Assembly (NCBI GenBank): GCA_963783755.1
Contig: CAWAOY010000003.1
Location: forward strand, 42,608 to 106,607
Origin: an uncultured archaeon
GTDB lineage: Archaea; Thermoproteota; Nitrososphaeria; Nitrososphaerales; Gagatemarchaeaceae
DNA: 64,000 nucleotides
Direction: 5' to 3'
The notes under the pieces were generated by a model, which saw nothing but the letters and a program-made list of their open reading frames with translations, did not search any database and was not told the DNA's origin. Position 1 is the first letter of the stretch. Each line of letters begins with the position of its first letter. Positions 20,237 through 31,322 of the stretch are shown here, piece after piece. A program made the position numbers and the translations under genes.

Positions 20237-20410
20237 CTATGCGTGAAGCAGTGTAAAGAAGAAGAAGTACAGCGGGAGCAGAAACAAGGGGATGAGCAGG
20301 ACGAGGGTGAAGACGAGCTTCAACAGCCTCTTGATGAGGTCTTCCACGTTCGAGACCTTGAAGACCTTGAAGAGCGGCCTGAGGACGGGCGACAGCCTTT
20401 GCTCCATCAT
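20237..20410 (-). CDS. possible small membrane protein (57 aa)
   Basis: My own translation: MMEQRLSPVLRPLFKVFKVSNVEDLIKRLLKLVFTLVLLIPLFLLPLYFFFFTLLHA. The overlapping plus-strand track ORFs are acidic low-complexity and look like shadow frames. Confidence 0.3.
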   Translation of the reverse strand: MMEQRLSPVLRPLFKVFKVSNVEDLIKRLLKLVFTLVLLIPLFLLPLYFFFFTLLHA

Positions 20411-20541
20411 CGCAGCGGGAGACTTTCCAGGAGGCCTATTTTTGTTTTACCTAGAGAGTTCGACTCGGGCCGTGGCCGAACCCCAGCCCGGGGCGTCCCT
20501 GCAAACTCTCCCCACTTCACCTTTAAACGGGCCGGCTTGGG

Positions 20542-21460
20542 ATGCCGAGGTGCAGGTTAATCTTGAGCTTCGGCGGCGGGACTGGAAGGACGCGCTCCGG
20601 GACGAAGGGATTCTCGAGCAAAGAGAAGAAGCAGAAGAGGAAGAAGCAGGACTATCACATTCACAAGAGGGCGCACTTCCAGGAGACGGAGCGCCCCGAC
20701 CCGGAGGAGGTGAGGAAGAGGACGATCCTGGCACTCGAGAGGCTGGGCCATCAGGTCCTGTCGTCGGAGCCGGGAGGGTACGACCTAGAGGACTGGATGA
20801 GGAGCCTCAATTCGCTGCTCGAGGACTTTGAGGAGAAGGTCGGGGACGGGGTCGTGGGGGACGAGTTTCGCGCGCGGAGCCAGCAGGCCCTGGGCCGCCT
20901 GGTCCCCTCGTCCTCCGCGAAGGAAATCGACCAAGAGATAGAGAAGACCACTGAAGAGCAGGCGGCCGCGAGCGCGGCGGTAGACGAAGCGGAGAGGAGG
21001 GCGTCGGCCAGGCTCGCTTCGCTGAGGGAGGAGCGAGATGCCTGCGTAAAGGAGCTCAAGAAGGAGAAAGAGAAGCTCGCCGAGATCAAGGAGGCGAGGC
21101 AGTCCCGCCAGTTCTTCTCACGCATCCTCCGTGCGGGGCCTTCCACAGAGCAGGCCGAGGCGAGCGTCGCGGAGCTCGAATCGAAGCTGAAGAGGACTAG
21201 AGGACGAGATCGAACGCATGCGGAAGGCCCGCTCGGTTGCGGGAGGGGGCGTCTCCGGCCAGGGCGACCCCGCGTACGTCGAGGCCCAGCAGAGATTCGA
21301 GGCCGCCCGCAGAAGCTGCTCGAGCCTGCAATCCTCTAGGCAGAACATTCTGCAGCTCGCTCGTGAGCGCGAGGCGGCGACCCAGACGCTATCACAGATG
21401 ATCTCGGCCTTGGAGCTGGGCAGGCCCGCCTCGAGCGATGCTGACTCGCCAGGATGGGTA
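20542..21460 (+). CDS. coiled-coil protein, 1-2 frameshifts; no stop separates it from the next feature
   Basis: Heptad-like charged text: EEQAAASAAVDEAERRASARLASLREERDACVKELKKEKEKLAEIKEARQ...ELESKLKR(L)EDEIERMRKA...QRFEAARRSCSSLQSSRQNILQLAREREAATQTLSQMISALE. It runs in the same frame into a TM helix at about 21480. Confidence 0.4.
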
Positions 21461-22226
21461 GTGTTGGAAACGCGCGCCCGAATCGGCGTTTCGAGGGTCG
21501 CGCTGGCCGCCGCCTTGGTGGCGGTCGTCGCGTTAGCGGGAGTCGCGGCCTACGTTGCCATCGCGCCGTCGGGGCAAGCGACCTCGACGCGCACGTCGTC
21601 GACAACCTCCGACCACTTCCACCTCGCCGCCCCGCCGAGCGTCACCGTGACGGCGTTCCCCTTCGCCGCTGATATCTCCGGGGGAGACCCAGAACTACTC
21701 CTCGATCCGAGGTCTCGGCCGCGGATGCCAGGGCTCAACGGGACGCTGACGGTCAGGGCGTTCCCACCCAGCGGACTCTCGCTTGGCCTTGAACCAGACG
21801 TCGGTCCCGCTTGCTGAGGGTTGCCCAGTCGATACCGATCGTGCTGAAGGCCTCTGCCGGGCATCTCTCCCGGGAACTACACTGTGACCATCGAGACCAG
21901 CTCGAGCGCCGTTGCGGCCAGCGAACCAGACGTTCACGGTCCAGGTGGTGCCGATGCTGGTCATCATGCAGAACCTCGCGTTCCACCCGCGGCAACATCA
22001 CGGTCGCAAGGGGGACGCCGGTCACTTGGCTGAACCTGGACTCGAACATCGGCTGCTGCGACCCGGGGTACCACACCGTCAGCTTCCTGTCGGGCGCGAA
22101 CGCGACTTCGCCCGATACTGAAGAGGTTCGATTCGTGGAGCTACACCTTCGGCACCGACGGGCTGGTGGACTACTACTGCACCATCCACCCCTATCATGA
22201 AGGGGCAGGTCACGGTCAACGGCTGA
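21461..22226 (+). CDS. membrane-anchored type-1 copper (cupredoxin, amicyanin/halocyanin-like) protein, about 4 frameshifts
   Basis: TM segment VALAAALVAVVALAGVAAYVAI, then a Ser/Thr linker and an Ig-like stretch (GNYTVTIETSSS...QTFTVQVVP). Cupredoxin text: VIMQNLAFHPGNITVARGTPVTWLNLD...GYHTVSF...DYYCTIHPYMKGQVTVNG, with His...Cys-x2-His-x2-Met copper ligands as in amicyanin CTPHPFM. Stop at 22224-22226. Confidence 0.7.
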
Positions 22227-22259
22227 AGGCGAGTCGCCTCCGGCAAGCTCTCGGTCGCT

Positions 22260-25200
22260 CAGTACTTCCAGGGAGCCTTTCCGCTGCGCAGCGAGTAGGC
22301 CGCGAGCAGGATCCCGACCACCGCGACGACCAGCGCGAGGTAGACCAGGTCTGCCATGCCAGTTGACGGTCGTTCTGCATGCTGGAGACGCTGCTGTCCG
22401 CCGTGCTCAAGCTCGCGCTGAGAGAACTGATGGTCTTGTTAGCCGTGGCGAGGTCGCTGTTCAAGGCATAAAGCTGGTTGTGAGTCACGAAGGACACGCT
22501 CGCCGTGGTGGCCATAAGGTCGGACTGGACGGCCGTCACGGTGAGGGTGTGCGTGCCGTCCGGCATCGAGGTCGTGTTGAGCGGATACGAGAGGGACTGG
22601 CCCGCGGAGGCGTTTCCCGGGACGGAGTGCAGCAAGGCTCCCGTCAAGGAAGAACGTGACGGCCGTGATTCCGGTGCCCTTCAAAGCCACTTGCGCGTTA
22701 ACCTCCCCCGCGTAGCTCGCGTTCGCGGCGGGCGAGGAGATCGTCACGGACAGGCAGCGCCGGGGTGATGCTCTTGACGGACGAGGCATGGTCGATCGAG
22801 CCGGTGGCAGCCGTCCCGAACACGAGCGACGACAAGGCGCTGTGCTGGAGGTCCACGATGGCGTTTGGTCGCCACGACGTTGCCTCCCGTCACTCCGTTC
22901 AGGGTGGTCTGCCCGTTCTCGAGGTTCAGGGTCCCGTTCACCGTCGACGAGGCGATGGTCACGTCGGAGCCGGATACGGTGTCGTTCCCCACGAAGTAGT
23001 CGTCGGCCAGGGTGAGTGGGGACGAACCTGCACGGACGGTGACGTTCCAGAGCGCCAGCCGAGACGTCTGCTGCGGGTCCGTCACGACCTGGTTGGAGGT
23101 GTAGACGTATGGCTGGACGTAGAAGGGCTTCTGGGCGGAGAGGGTGGAGGCCGTCGGCACGCCCGTCGGCGGAGAGCCCCGAGACGTAGACGTCGTACGG
23201 GCCTCCGTAGTATTCGGCGTTCGCGTTTATGGACGAGACCAAGGAGGAGTCGTATGGCGATGGCATCGTCGCGCTTCCGGTCCACATGCCGGTCTTGGCG
23301 TCGAAGGTCAAGGGCACAAGGGCGAAGGCGGCATAGGCCGAGTGCATGACAGAAGAGTAGTCGTTCTGCGCGGTCTCCGGATAGATCAGGGCGGTGTAGA
23401 TTCCGTTCGTCACTTCTTTTCCGTCGGGGGAGGTGATGCTGGCGGTGATCGAGGCGTTCTCGCCTTCGAAGAGGGTCGAAGGACCCACCGAGATCTTCGG
23501 CACGGAGAGGCCGGGGGAGACGTAGACCTGCCCGAAGTAGCTCCCGGTGTAGTTGTTGCCCGTCGTCTCGTCGTTGTATCCTCGCGTTCAGCACGACGGT
23601 GTAGAGCCCGGGGGAGGCGTTGGCCGGGATCGTCAGGTAGCCGTTTATGAGCGTAAGACCCGCCCCGCAGACCCTGAGAGCCTGCGCGCAGGCTTGGTCT
23701 ACGAGCGGAGACGTTCTCGACGCTTGTGCCCTGAAGGGCTGACCAGGGTGGCGGTCACGTTCGCTCCCTCTGCCATGGTCGCCCCGAGCGGTGGTGCCGG
23801 TCGCGAGGGACTGGGTGAGGTAGATGTTCTCGGGGGCGGTCACTGTCGCCACGATCGTGAGCGACTGACCCGGAGCAACCGAGCCGGGCTCCGCCACCAC
23901 CTCAGGGTAGATGTCGGAGCTCAGGAGGCTTATCCCGCTCACGAACGGGAGGTAACCCGCGACCGGCCCCTGAGTGACGAGGGCGCGTCGGGCCGCTTGG
24001 AGAGGCTCTCGTTGAGTGTGGCCTGGAAGAAGCTGTCGGCGGACGAATAGTAGAGCTCCGCCGAAGTCGTCGGCGTGTACGTGTTCGAGAGTATCGAGTA
24101 GTTCTCGAAGACCACCTGCGTCGAGTTGAACGGCGCGTTGTTCCCGAAGAGGTCGGTGATCGAAATCGCCGTCTGAAGCCCTGTGAGATAGGTCCATGGA
24201 TACGGGGCGAGCGGCTCGACGAAGTTCGCGAGGTATCCCGACGAACGCCGTGGCGAACCCCTCTCCGCTTTGGCCTGCGTCGCTTCCAGCGACGTTGATG
24301 TCGGCCACTCCCGGACTCGCTTCCCACCGTGATTGCCCCCGCCCATCCGCCGGCGGTCGCGTTGTAGGTCAGGGGCACGGACTGCGTGCTGCCGCCGAGC
24401 GTCTGGAGGCTCGCGTTGAACGCTCCCGTGACCACCGGTGAGCCTCCCGGGGTGGTGACGGTCGCGACTACGTTCATGGTCTGGCCTGGAGTGAAGTCGG
24501 TGAAGTTAGTACTTCCGGGGTTGGCCACCTCCACGTTCACGCTCAGCGCGGAGGAAGAGCCCACTGAGCCGTAGAGCCCCGCGATCTCTCCGATGTTGGG
24601 GGCGCCCCAGCCCGTCGCGAGGTTGTAGCCGAAGCTCGACACCCACGGGATGGTGTATCCGAACGTTATCGGGGTGAAGGCCTTCTGGTAGGTGCCGGAG
24701 TTCCCGGCCATCTGGTACAGGGCCGGGTTGAGCAGGCCCAGGCTCCCCTTCTCGGCGCCCATCAACAGCGTCAGCAGCCCCGCGAAGAGCGGGCTGGCCT
24801 CGCTCGTCCCGCCGGTGGAGATGGGCGAGCCGTGGTAGGATGATGAGTATGCCGGGAGTGCCGCTCGCGTCAAGCGAGAGGTCGGGGACCATCCGCCCGT
24901 CGGGGAACGAAGCGGGCACCTTCAGGGACGACTGGTACCAGGGTGTGGGCTCCATCACGCTTACGCCGCCTCCGCTCCCGCCCTCGTTGACGAAGTAGGG
25001 GACGAACCCAATGTTCGACCACGCCGTCTGGTTGAAGCTCAGCGTCCCGCTCGCGGTCGTGGAGATGTAGGTGCTCGTCCCTCCTAGCGCGGTAACGAAC
25101 GGAGAGGAGCTTGGGTACTCCGCCCCTCCCTCGGGTCCGGCGCTGAAGCCGCTCCCGCCTCCGTCTCCGGAGGAAGCGAGGAAGGTCATGCCCATGGCGG

Positions 25201-26330
25201 AGCCGAGCATGTAGTAGTCGTCGGCGAAGACCGAGTTGAACAGGTAGGAAGTCGCTCCTGACTCGTAGTACTCCCACTCGGGGAGCCCGAAGCTCTGGGA
25301 GACGACGTTCGCCTTCCCGTCCTGGACTACCGCCGCCACTGCCGCCGAGAGGGAGAGCGCGCCGTTCGCTGCGTAGAGGACTGATGTTCGCCCCGGGCGC
25401 CATCGCGTGGGAGGACTGGACGTCGAGGTCGATCTCGCCGTCCCACCCCAGGGCCGAGCCGAGGTTTGGGTTGTAGGGCCCGATGGGAGAGACCTTGAAG
25501 CTCGGGGGCGCCGGGTAGCCGTACGTAGAGTCGAATTGGGCAAGGTCTTGGGCTACGAGAGGGTAGCCGTAGAAGTCGAGCAATCCAACCGTGTATCCCG
25601 TCCCGTTGATACCCTTCGAGAGGAGGCCCGTGGAGTTGTAGACGGTCCGCAGGAGGCTGGAGGCCTGGCCGCCTTCCGTGAACGTCACGTTGGCGCTCGG
25701 TATGGCGCCGGACGCCGCGCCCCCCGACCTGATGAGGTCAGGGCGCATCAGGAGGCCGGTCGAGTTCGAGGCGAAGGAGTACGCCCCGGGAAGGGTGGAC
25801 GGCCCGGTGGTCTGGTAGTAGGAGTACGTCCCGTTGGTGTAGAGGTCGACGCCCTGGCCGAGGGACTGGGTAACCTGGGCGGCCGTCCCGCGCACCGTAA
25901 TCATCGAGTTGAGCGACGAGGACACCACCGTGAACCCCTTCAAGGTGAGGTAGTCGAGGACGGATTGATACTGCGCCTGCGTTGGGAGGAACATCTGGCT
26001 TACCTGGCCGTAGGTCAGGAAGTGCCGGAAGCCCGCCGAGCTCGGGTCGGACGACTCCTTGACGAGCGAGCTGAGCAGCGGTAGGTTCCTCAGAGGGATG
26101 GCGACGGAGACAAGGACAGACATGCTCGGGTCCGCGGCGCCCAGGCTCTTGTAGCTCGAGAGCGCGGTGGGCGTCGAAAGAGGCGGGAGCTGCGCAGAGG
26201 CGCTTTGAACCCGCGAGGGCGCGCCCACGAAGCCGTGAGGGCCGAGGACAGAGAACGACGGCAACAGCAGGAGGAGCGCGACGGCGCAAGCGATAGAAGG
26301 AGTTACCACTCTGCGGGCAAAAAAACGCAA
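22260..26330 (-). CDS. very large (about 1350 aa) cell-surface sedolisin: S53 propeptide and S53 peptidase, then Ig-like/beta-rich repeats, coiled-coil stalk and C-terminal TM anchor; at least 7 frameshifts
   Basis: Signal peptide MRFFARRVVTPSIACAVALLLLLPSFSV. Pro-kumamolisin-type activation domain (FRHFLTYGQVSQMFLPTQAQYQSVLDYLTLKGFTVV). S53 core (GYTVGLLDFYGYP...WDGEIDLDVQSSHAMAPGANI...FLASSGDGGGS...catalytic GGTSEASPLFAG). Downstream segments: LTIVATVTAPE, YTVVLNA, GTHTLTVTAVQS. Stalk: NQLYALNSDLATANKTISSLSASLSTADSSVSSMQN. Anchor: LVYLALVVAVVGILLAAYSLRSGKAPWKY, stop at 22260-22262. Confidence 0.8.
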
Positions 26331-26661
26331 GTATCCTACTCGAACTCCTTCTGGGGAATTAAAAGCTTGTTATGCGTCAAGGCATCCAAGCACCAATGTA
26401 GCCCTCGGCAGAGTCCGTCTTTCCCCTCTTCTCCTCATCGTTGACTCGTTCTGCGACCTAGGACGAGGCTCGCACACTTAATGGGTTATGGTGCAAGCAT
26501 CTAATCTGGATTGTGTGGAGGTGTCCGTGGCGCCTCCCGTCCGCAGTCAGTACAAGAGGTTCTTCGGCTTCGCGAATTCACTTCCCCGCCGAGATATCGC
26601 CAAAGAGGCCGAGAGAGGCTCTAGCTTAATAAATCACGCAAAGTCGGCCTGAACGACAAGG

Positions 26662-26841
26662 ATGCCAGAAGGGTTCTCGCTCTCGCACTGCACGTCATGC
26701 AACAGGCCTATTCTTCCGGGCACGAAAGCGGTGAGGTTCAACTGTCCGAACTGCCATCAGGTGCTGATCTGGCGTGACGAGCTCTGCAGAAAGTTCTCCC
26801 GCAGATACAAGTGCGTCAACTGCGGGTTCGAAGGCCCATAG
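26662..26841 (+). CDS. small Zn-ribbon RNA-binding protein (COG2888/DUF1610-like, 59 aa)
   Basis: My own translation, one residue below the track cut-off: MPEGFSLSHCTSCNRPILPGTKAVRFNCPNCHQVLIWRDELCRKFSRRYKCVNCGFEGP. The four Cys pairs and GFEGP end are typical of this archaeal family. A TATA-like CTTAATAAAT at 26625-26634 lies about 30 nt upstream. Confidence 0.65.
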   Translation: MPEGFSLSHCTSCNRPILPGTKAVRFNCPNCHQVLIWRDELCRKFSRRYKCVNCGFEGP

Positions 26842-26908
26842 CTGTTTCCTCGAGCCGGTGTCAGCCTTTCGCGGAGCCCGCGGGGTTCGGGGCGGAGGCG
26901 CTTGTGCC

Positions 26909-27304
26909 TCAGGCGAAACTTGTGTGCCTGACCTCGTTGGAGTTGATTATCTCGGTGATCTTGGAGTTGGCCCTGAAGCTGAGGACTGAGAAGGGAATCG
27001 AGACGGCGAGAAAGACCAGGTAGAGGTACGGGGAAGTGGTCTTGGGCGAGACGTAGGTGAGCAACAAGAGGGCGAGGGCCGGGGCGAGGGTCGCCATGCT
27101 GATGAAGGTCGATACGCCCATCCTTCTCTTCAGCGAAACATACTGCGCAAGCGTCGCCTTCTCCTTGAACTCAAGCCCGTCATAGACGAGCGCTGGAGAA
27201 CTCGGCAAGTGTTTCGTCATTCCCGAAAGGGCCTGGGTAATACGTTTTCGCCTTAGCGCATGTCTTCCGCCTTGTGCTCGGAGTGAGGCGGACAACAGGT
27301 CCAC
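26909..27304 (-). CDS. hypothetical membrane protein
   Basis: 131-aa ORF with two clear TM helices (VSTFISMATLAPALALLLLTYV, YLYLVFLAVSIPFSVLSF). The real start may be the internal MTKHL. It sits where rps10 often follows tuf in other archaea. Confidence 0.45.
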   Translation of the reverse strand: MDLLSASLRAQGGRHALRRKRITQALSGMTKHLPSSPALVYDGLEFKEKATLAQYVSLKRRMGVSTFISMATLAPALALLLLTYVSPKTTSPYLYLVFLAVSIPFSVLSFRANSKITEIINSNEVRHTSFA

Positions 27305-27356
27305 AGCCCCGGCTGACCGGAGACAAAAATCGGAAGGGAATATGGGAGGCGGCAGT

Positions 27357-28683
27357 CTACTGCTTCGCGACTGCCTTCTCTACTTGGCCCTTAATCGTGA
27401 CTTCACGAACGATTCCTGCGGCCACTGTCGAGCCCATGTCTCGCAGGGCGAACCTGCCGAGCTCAGGGAACTCCTTGAAAGTCTCGAGCACTAGCGGCCT
27501 GAGAGGCGTGATCTTCACGATCGCCGAGTCGCCGGTCTTGATCGTCTTGGGCTTCTCTTCCGTCGGCTGACCCGTCCTCGGGTCGATCTTCGCAACGATC
27601 TCGGTGATCGTCGCCGCGACCTGCGCCGTGTGCGCGTGCAGCACGGGCGTGTATCCCGCCGCGATCGCAGTTGGGTGGAAGACGACTATGATCTGCGCCA
27701 GGAACTCCTTGGCGATCGTCGGAGGGTTGGACGGGGGCCCGAGGACCGAGCCTCTGTGGAAGTCGGTCTTCGAGACGCCTCTGAGGTTGAACCCGATGTT
27801 GTCTCCCGCCAACGCCTCCTGCATCGGGGTGTGGTGGGTCTCGATGGACTTGATTTCAGCGGGGAGGCCCTCGGGCATGATGATGACCGGGTCGCCGACC
27901 TTCATCTTGCCGGTCTCTACCCTTCCCACCGGGACCGTGCCGACGCCCGTGATGGTGTAGACGTCCTGGATCGGGACGCGGAGCGGCTTCTCGATCGGCT
28001 TTGGAGGCTCGGTGAACTCGTCGAGCGCCTGGAGCAGAGTCGGGCCCTTGTACCAGGGCATGTTCGTGCTCGGCTTTGCGAGGTTCTCGCCCGTCCAGCC
28101 GGAGATCGGGATGAACCTGATCTTTGTCATGTTGTATCCGACGGTCTTCAGGAGGTTCGAGACGTCCTCCTTCGCCTCGTTGAACCTCGCCTCGGAGTAC
28201 TTCACCGTCTGGTCGTCCATCTTGTTGATGCAGACGACGATCTGGTTGACTCCGAGAGTCTTTAGCAGGAAGGCGTGCTCCCTCGCCTGGCCTCCAGGGC
28301 CCAGCGCCGTGTCCTCCTCTCCCTTCTTCGCGGAGACGATGAGCGACTGCCGCGTCGGCCTCTGAGGCGCCGGTGATCATGTTCTTGATGAAGTCGCGGT
28401 GCCCGGGAGCGTCGATCAGCGTGTAGAAGTACTTCTGCGTCTCGAACTTTTGGAAGGCGAGGTCGATGGTGACTCCTCTCTCCCTCTCGTCCTTCAGCTG
28501 GTCGAGGACCCAGGCGTACTTGAAAGAGTCCCCAGCGCCGGTCTTCTCGCTCTCCTTCGCGTACTCCTCGATCGTCCTCTCGTCTACTGCTCCAAGGTCG
28601 AAGAGGAAGTGACCCATGCTGGTGCTCTTTCCGTGGTCTACGTGACCAGTAACAATCAGGTTCAGGTGTGGTTTGTCTGCCAT
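27357..28683 (-). CDS. tuf: translation elongation factor EF-1 alpha, 1 frameshift (extra G near 28347)
   Basis: Text: [21 protein letters not shown]...[22 protein letters not shown]...[25 protein letters not shown], then in the next frame LIVSAKKGE...INKMD...[10 protein letters not shown]...[24 protein letters not shown]...[17 protein letters not shown]. Confidence 0.97.
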
Positions 28684-28720
28684 TACGCATTAACTCGGTA
28701 TACGAAAAGACCTCTTCGAG

Positions 28721-28733
28721 ATATTATTTAAGG
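28721..28733 (-). promoter_or_regulatory. TATA-like element (minus strand CCTTAAATAATAT) upstream of tuf
   Basis: The only AT-rich block in the tuf upstream region, 38-50 nt before the ATG at 28683. Assignment rests on position and composition only. Confidence 0.3.
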
Positions 28734-29137
28734 TTTAACCGTGGGAACCGAGTTAGAAAGCCCCAAGAGAGGACAAAGTCACCCTCAGACAGTCATTTAC
28801 ACCTGAAAACTTTCCTTTACGGGTCTTTAGAGGGCGTTTCCACCCCAATTTTCAAGGCTAGTCGGAGTGCTCCGAGCAGGCAGGGCGCCGAGAGAGCGAC
28901 CCGGCGCGGGACCGCCGGAAGGCGATTCCGAGGCCTCCCGCCTTCGCGTCTCGCAGGATCTCGACGTCTTGTCCCTTTAGCTCAGGGGATTGGTCGACTG
29001 GGCTAAACTTATACCGAAGTGTCCGGGCGACCGCCAACAGGCGCGTAACCTTGCATCAGACTCTAGGCTGCGCTTCGAGACCTCGAGCGTTTGCCGTCAC
29101 TCGAGGAAGGCCGACCTGCTAGGCGGGCTCGAAGAGC

Positions 29138-29968
29138 TTGACGACGATGCTCGAGACCCTGAAGATAATGGTCGGGAGGCGCTGGCGCCTCGCGACGGCG
29201 CTCTTCGTCGTCGAGATCGGCGCGATCATCGTCATCTCCAACATGCCCTTCTTCCCCGGAGAATTCTCATTCACACAGAATCAGTACAATAGCATCAAAC
29301 CGATCATTAACCAGTCCGCCGTAGGCCAGCTTGCGGGCATCTTCGTCAACAACTTCATGGTGGTGCTGAGGGAGCTGGTCCCAGTCATCGGGCCGGCAGT
29401 CTTCGCCCTTTCAATCTACGAGACAGCGAGAATCGTCGAGGTGATCGCCATCGCCAATGGGGATGGGGTGGGGGCGGCTCTCGGGACCCTCTTCCTCCTG
29501 CCCCACACGTATCTGGAGCTCCCCGCTTACGCGATCGCAGTGACGGAGAGCGGGTACCTGGTTTACGCGGTCGCCGCCGGGTTCAGCAGAGGATGGGCGA
29601 GATTCGTGAGGGAGCTCCGGTTTCTCGTAGTGAGCGTGGTGCTCATCGCCGGCGTTCTCGTCGTCGCCGCAATCTTCGAGGTCACAGAGATACAGATCGA
29701 GGTCCTGACCCAAGCGCCCGCTCCCCCTATAGAAGGGGCTTTGGTGTTCCTGACTTGGATTCCGTTCGCCTTGGTGTTCGCCGGTGCGCTGTCCTTCTGG
29801 AGAAAGGCGAAAAGTGAAGCACCAGAGCTGGAAGCAAAGGAGGCCGAAGAAGCGAGACGGCAGGCGGACGCCTTGTTGGGCGTGGGTGCCCAGGCCCCGC
29901 CGCAGACGCAGGATGAAAAAGATGCGGCCGGTAGCCCGACTTCGGGAGAAGGCGGGGCTACTGCCTAG
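29138..29968 (+). CDS. SpoIIM-family (stage II sporulation protein M-like, DUF95) integral membrane protein with an acidic, low-complexity C-terminal tail
   Basis: Intact 276-aa ORF with about 5 TM segments and a family-like block, LFLLPHTYLELPAYAIAVTESG. The tail is EAKEAEEARRQADALLGVGAQAPPQTQDEKD. Confidence 0.5.
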   Translation: MTTMLETLKIMVGRRWRLATALFVVEIGAIIVISNMPFFPGEFSFTQNQYNSIKPIINQSAVGQLAGIFVNNFMVVLRELVPVIGPAVFALSIYETARIVEVIAIANGDGVGAALGTLFLLPHTYLELPAYAIAVTESGYLVYAVAAGFSRGWARFVRELRFLVVSVVLIAGVLVVAAIFEVTEIQIEVLTQAPAPPIEGALVFLTWIPFALVFAGALSFWRKAKSEAPELEAKEAEEARRQADALLGVGAQAPPQTQDEKDAAGSPTSGEGGATA

Positions 29969-30164
29969 ACATGAAGCTCCAGAGCATCACGCCGACCAGC
30001 ATCACGATTGAGCTCGCGAGCCCCGTGATCAGCGCTCCTGCCACGTCCGCGCTGATCCCGAGGGTCATGACCCAATTGACGACCGGTGCCCTTACGAGCC
30101 AGGCGAAGAAGCCCAGAGCATAGCCGACCAACCAGAATCCGAACAGTACGATTTTTCGTCCCAT
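29958..30164 (-). CDS. small two-helix membrane protein (68 aa)
   Basis: MGRKIVLFGFWLVGYALGFFAWLVRAPVVNWVMTLGISADVAGALITGLASSIVMLVGVMLWSFMSRQ, taken from the internal ATG at 30162-30164. The upstream 90 aa of the track ORF (29958..30434) look non-coding. Confidence 0.4.
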   Translation of the reverse strand: MGRKIVLFGFWLVGYALGFFAWLVRAPVVNWVMTLGISADVAGALITGLASSIVMLVGVMLWSFMSRQ

Positions 30165-30556
30165 TATTGGATTACCTGAACATGATGCGACGAGGCGTCG
30201 GTAAATGGGGCGAGAATAGTATTTCTCGACACAGAGGTCGAATTCCGTAGACGAAGCGCGGGCGTCTAGATCAGGTGGTACAGGCCCGCGAGGTAGAGGG
30301 TGAGCCCGCTCGCGGCCATGCCGGAGGCGAAGACGACCGCGGTCGAAAGGCGTCTCGCGGGACGCCTGTCTATGCTCGTCGCTCACGCAGCAGTTCATCA
30401 GCCAGCCGAAGAAACTCATCGGCTCCTGGGGCATGTTCTCGGCTTAAGTGAAGCACGACGGTATATTAACGGTGTGAAAGCTCCGATTTTTCACTGCGGC
30501 GAGCCCTGCGTTTTCGCAGTAGAAGCGGATAATACCCAGAGAAATTTGGAGGTGGA

Positions 30557-31290
30557 ATGATGAGCGCGGAGAAGCGAGGGGCCGCACGAGCGGTCGAAGA
30601 GAAGACGGTGGACGTCGGCGAGTACAAGGTCAACGTGGCTTCGGCGGGGGCGGGGCCTGCGGTCGTGATGCTTCATGGTGAAGACAGGCAGCCGAGCTGG
30701 AAGGACTGGGAGGGCTTCCTAGGCCTCGCGGACGAGCTATCGGCTGATAATTCCAGACCTCGTAGGGTTCGGCAGGTCGTCCCGGCCCGGCGAGACTCCC
30801 GATTATCGCGCCCAGGCCAGGGTCGTGCACGAGCTGCTCGACGTCCTGAAGGTCGATAGGGCGACGCTGGCAGGCTATTCCTGGGGCGGGCAGGTGGCGC
30901 TCGAGGTGGCCATAGACTGGCCCGAGAGGGTGGAGAGCCTGATCCTCGTGGCGAGCACCTACGACAAGGGCCAGCTGCCGAAGCTCTCGAAGATGCGGCA
31001 GACCGAGCCTCGTGGTCTGGGCGGAGGACGACCTTGTCACCCAGCTGAAGGCCGGCTACCTCCTTAGGGACGCGATACGCACGTCGAGGCTCGAGGTGCT
31101 CGCCCCCGTGGCGAAGGACCCCAAGTACGATTTCACCATCGCCCACAGGCTGCTCGTCTCGAGGAGGGAGGAGCTCCTCAGGCTCTTCCGCGCGTTCCTC
31201 GCATCGCCGTCCTCTGCGACGGCCGAGCCGCCCGAGCTGGAGAAGGAGCTCAGGGGGATGGCGATGAAGCAGGACTCTGAGAAGCCCTAG
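30557..31290 (+). CDS. alpha/beta-fold hydrolase, 2 frameshifts
   Basis: Text: VNVASAGAGPAVVMLHG...YRLIIPDLVGFGRSS...LAGYSWGGQVALEVA (G-x-S-x-G nucleophile elbow)...LILVAST...VVWAEDDLV... Confidence 0.7.
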
Positions 31291-31322
31291 AGAGCCGTCG
31301 AAGAAGGCCTTGGCCTACCTTG

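Noticed and set aside
28890-28960. SRP (7S) RNA helix 8, suggested by CCGGAAGG with a GGAA tetraloop.
   Set aside because: The flanking strands lack the conserved AGCA / GGA symmetric-loop nucleotides. No helix 5/6-like extended pairing or 5' domain could be traced by eye.
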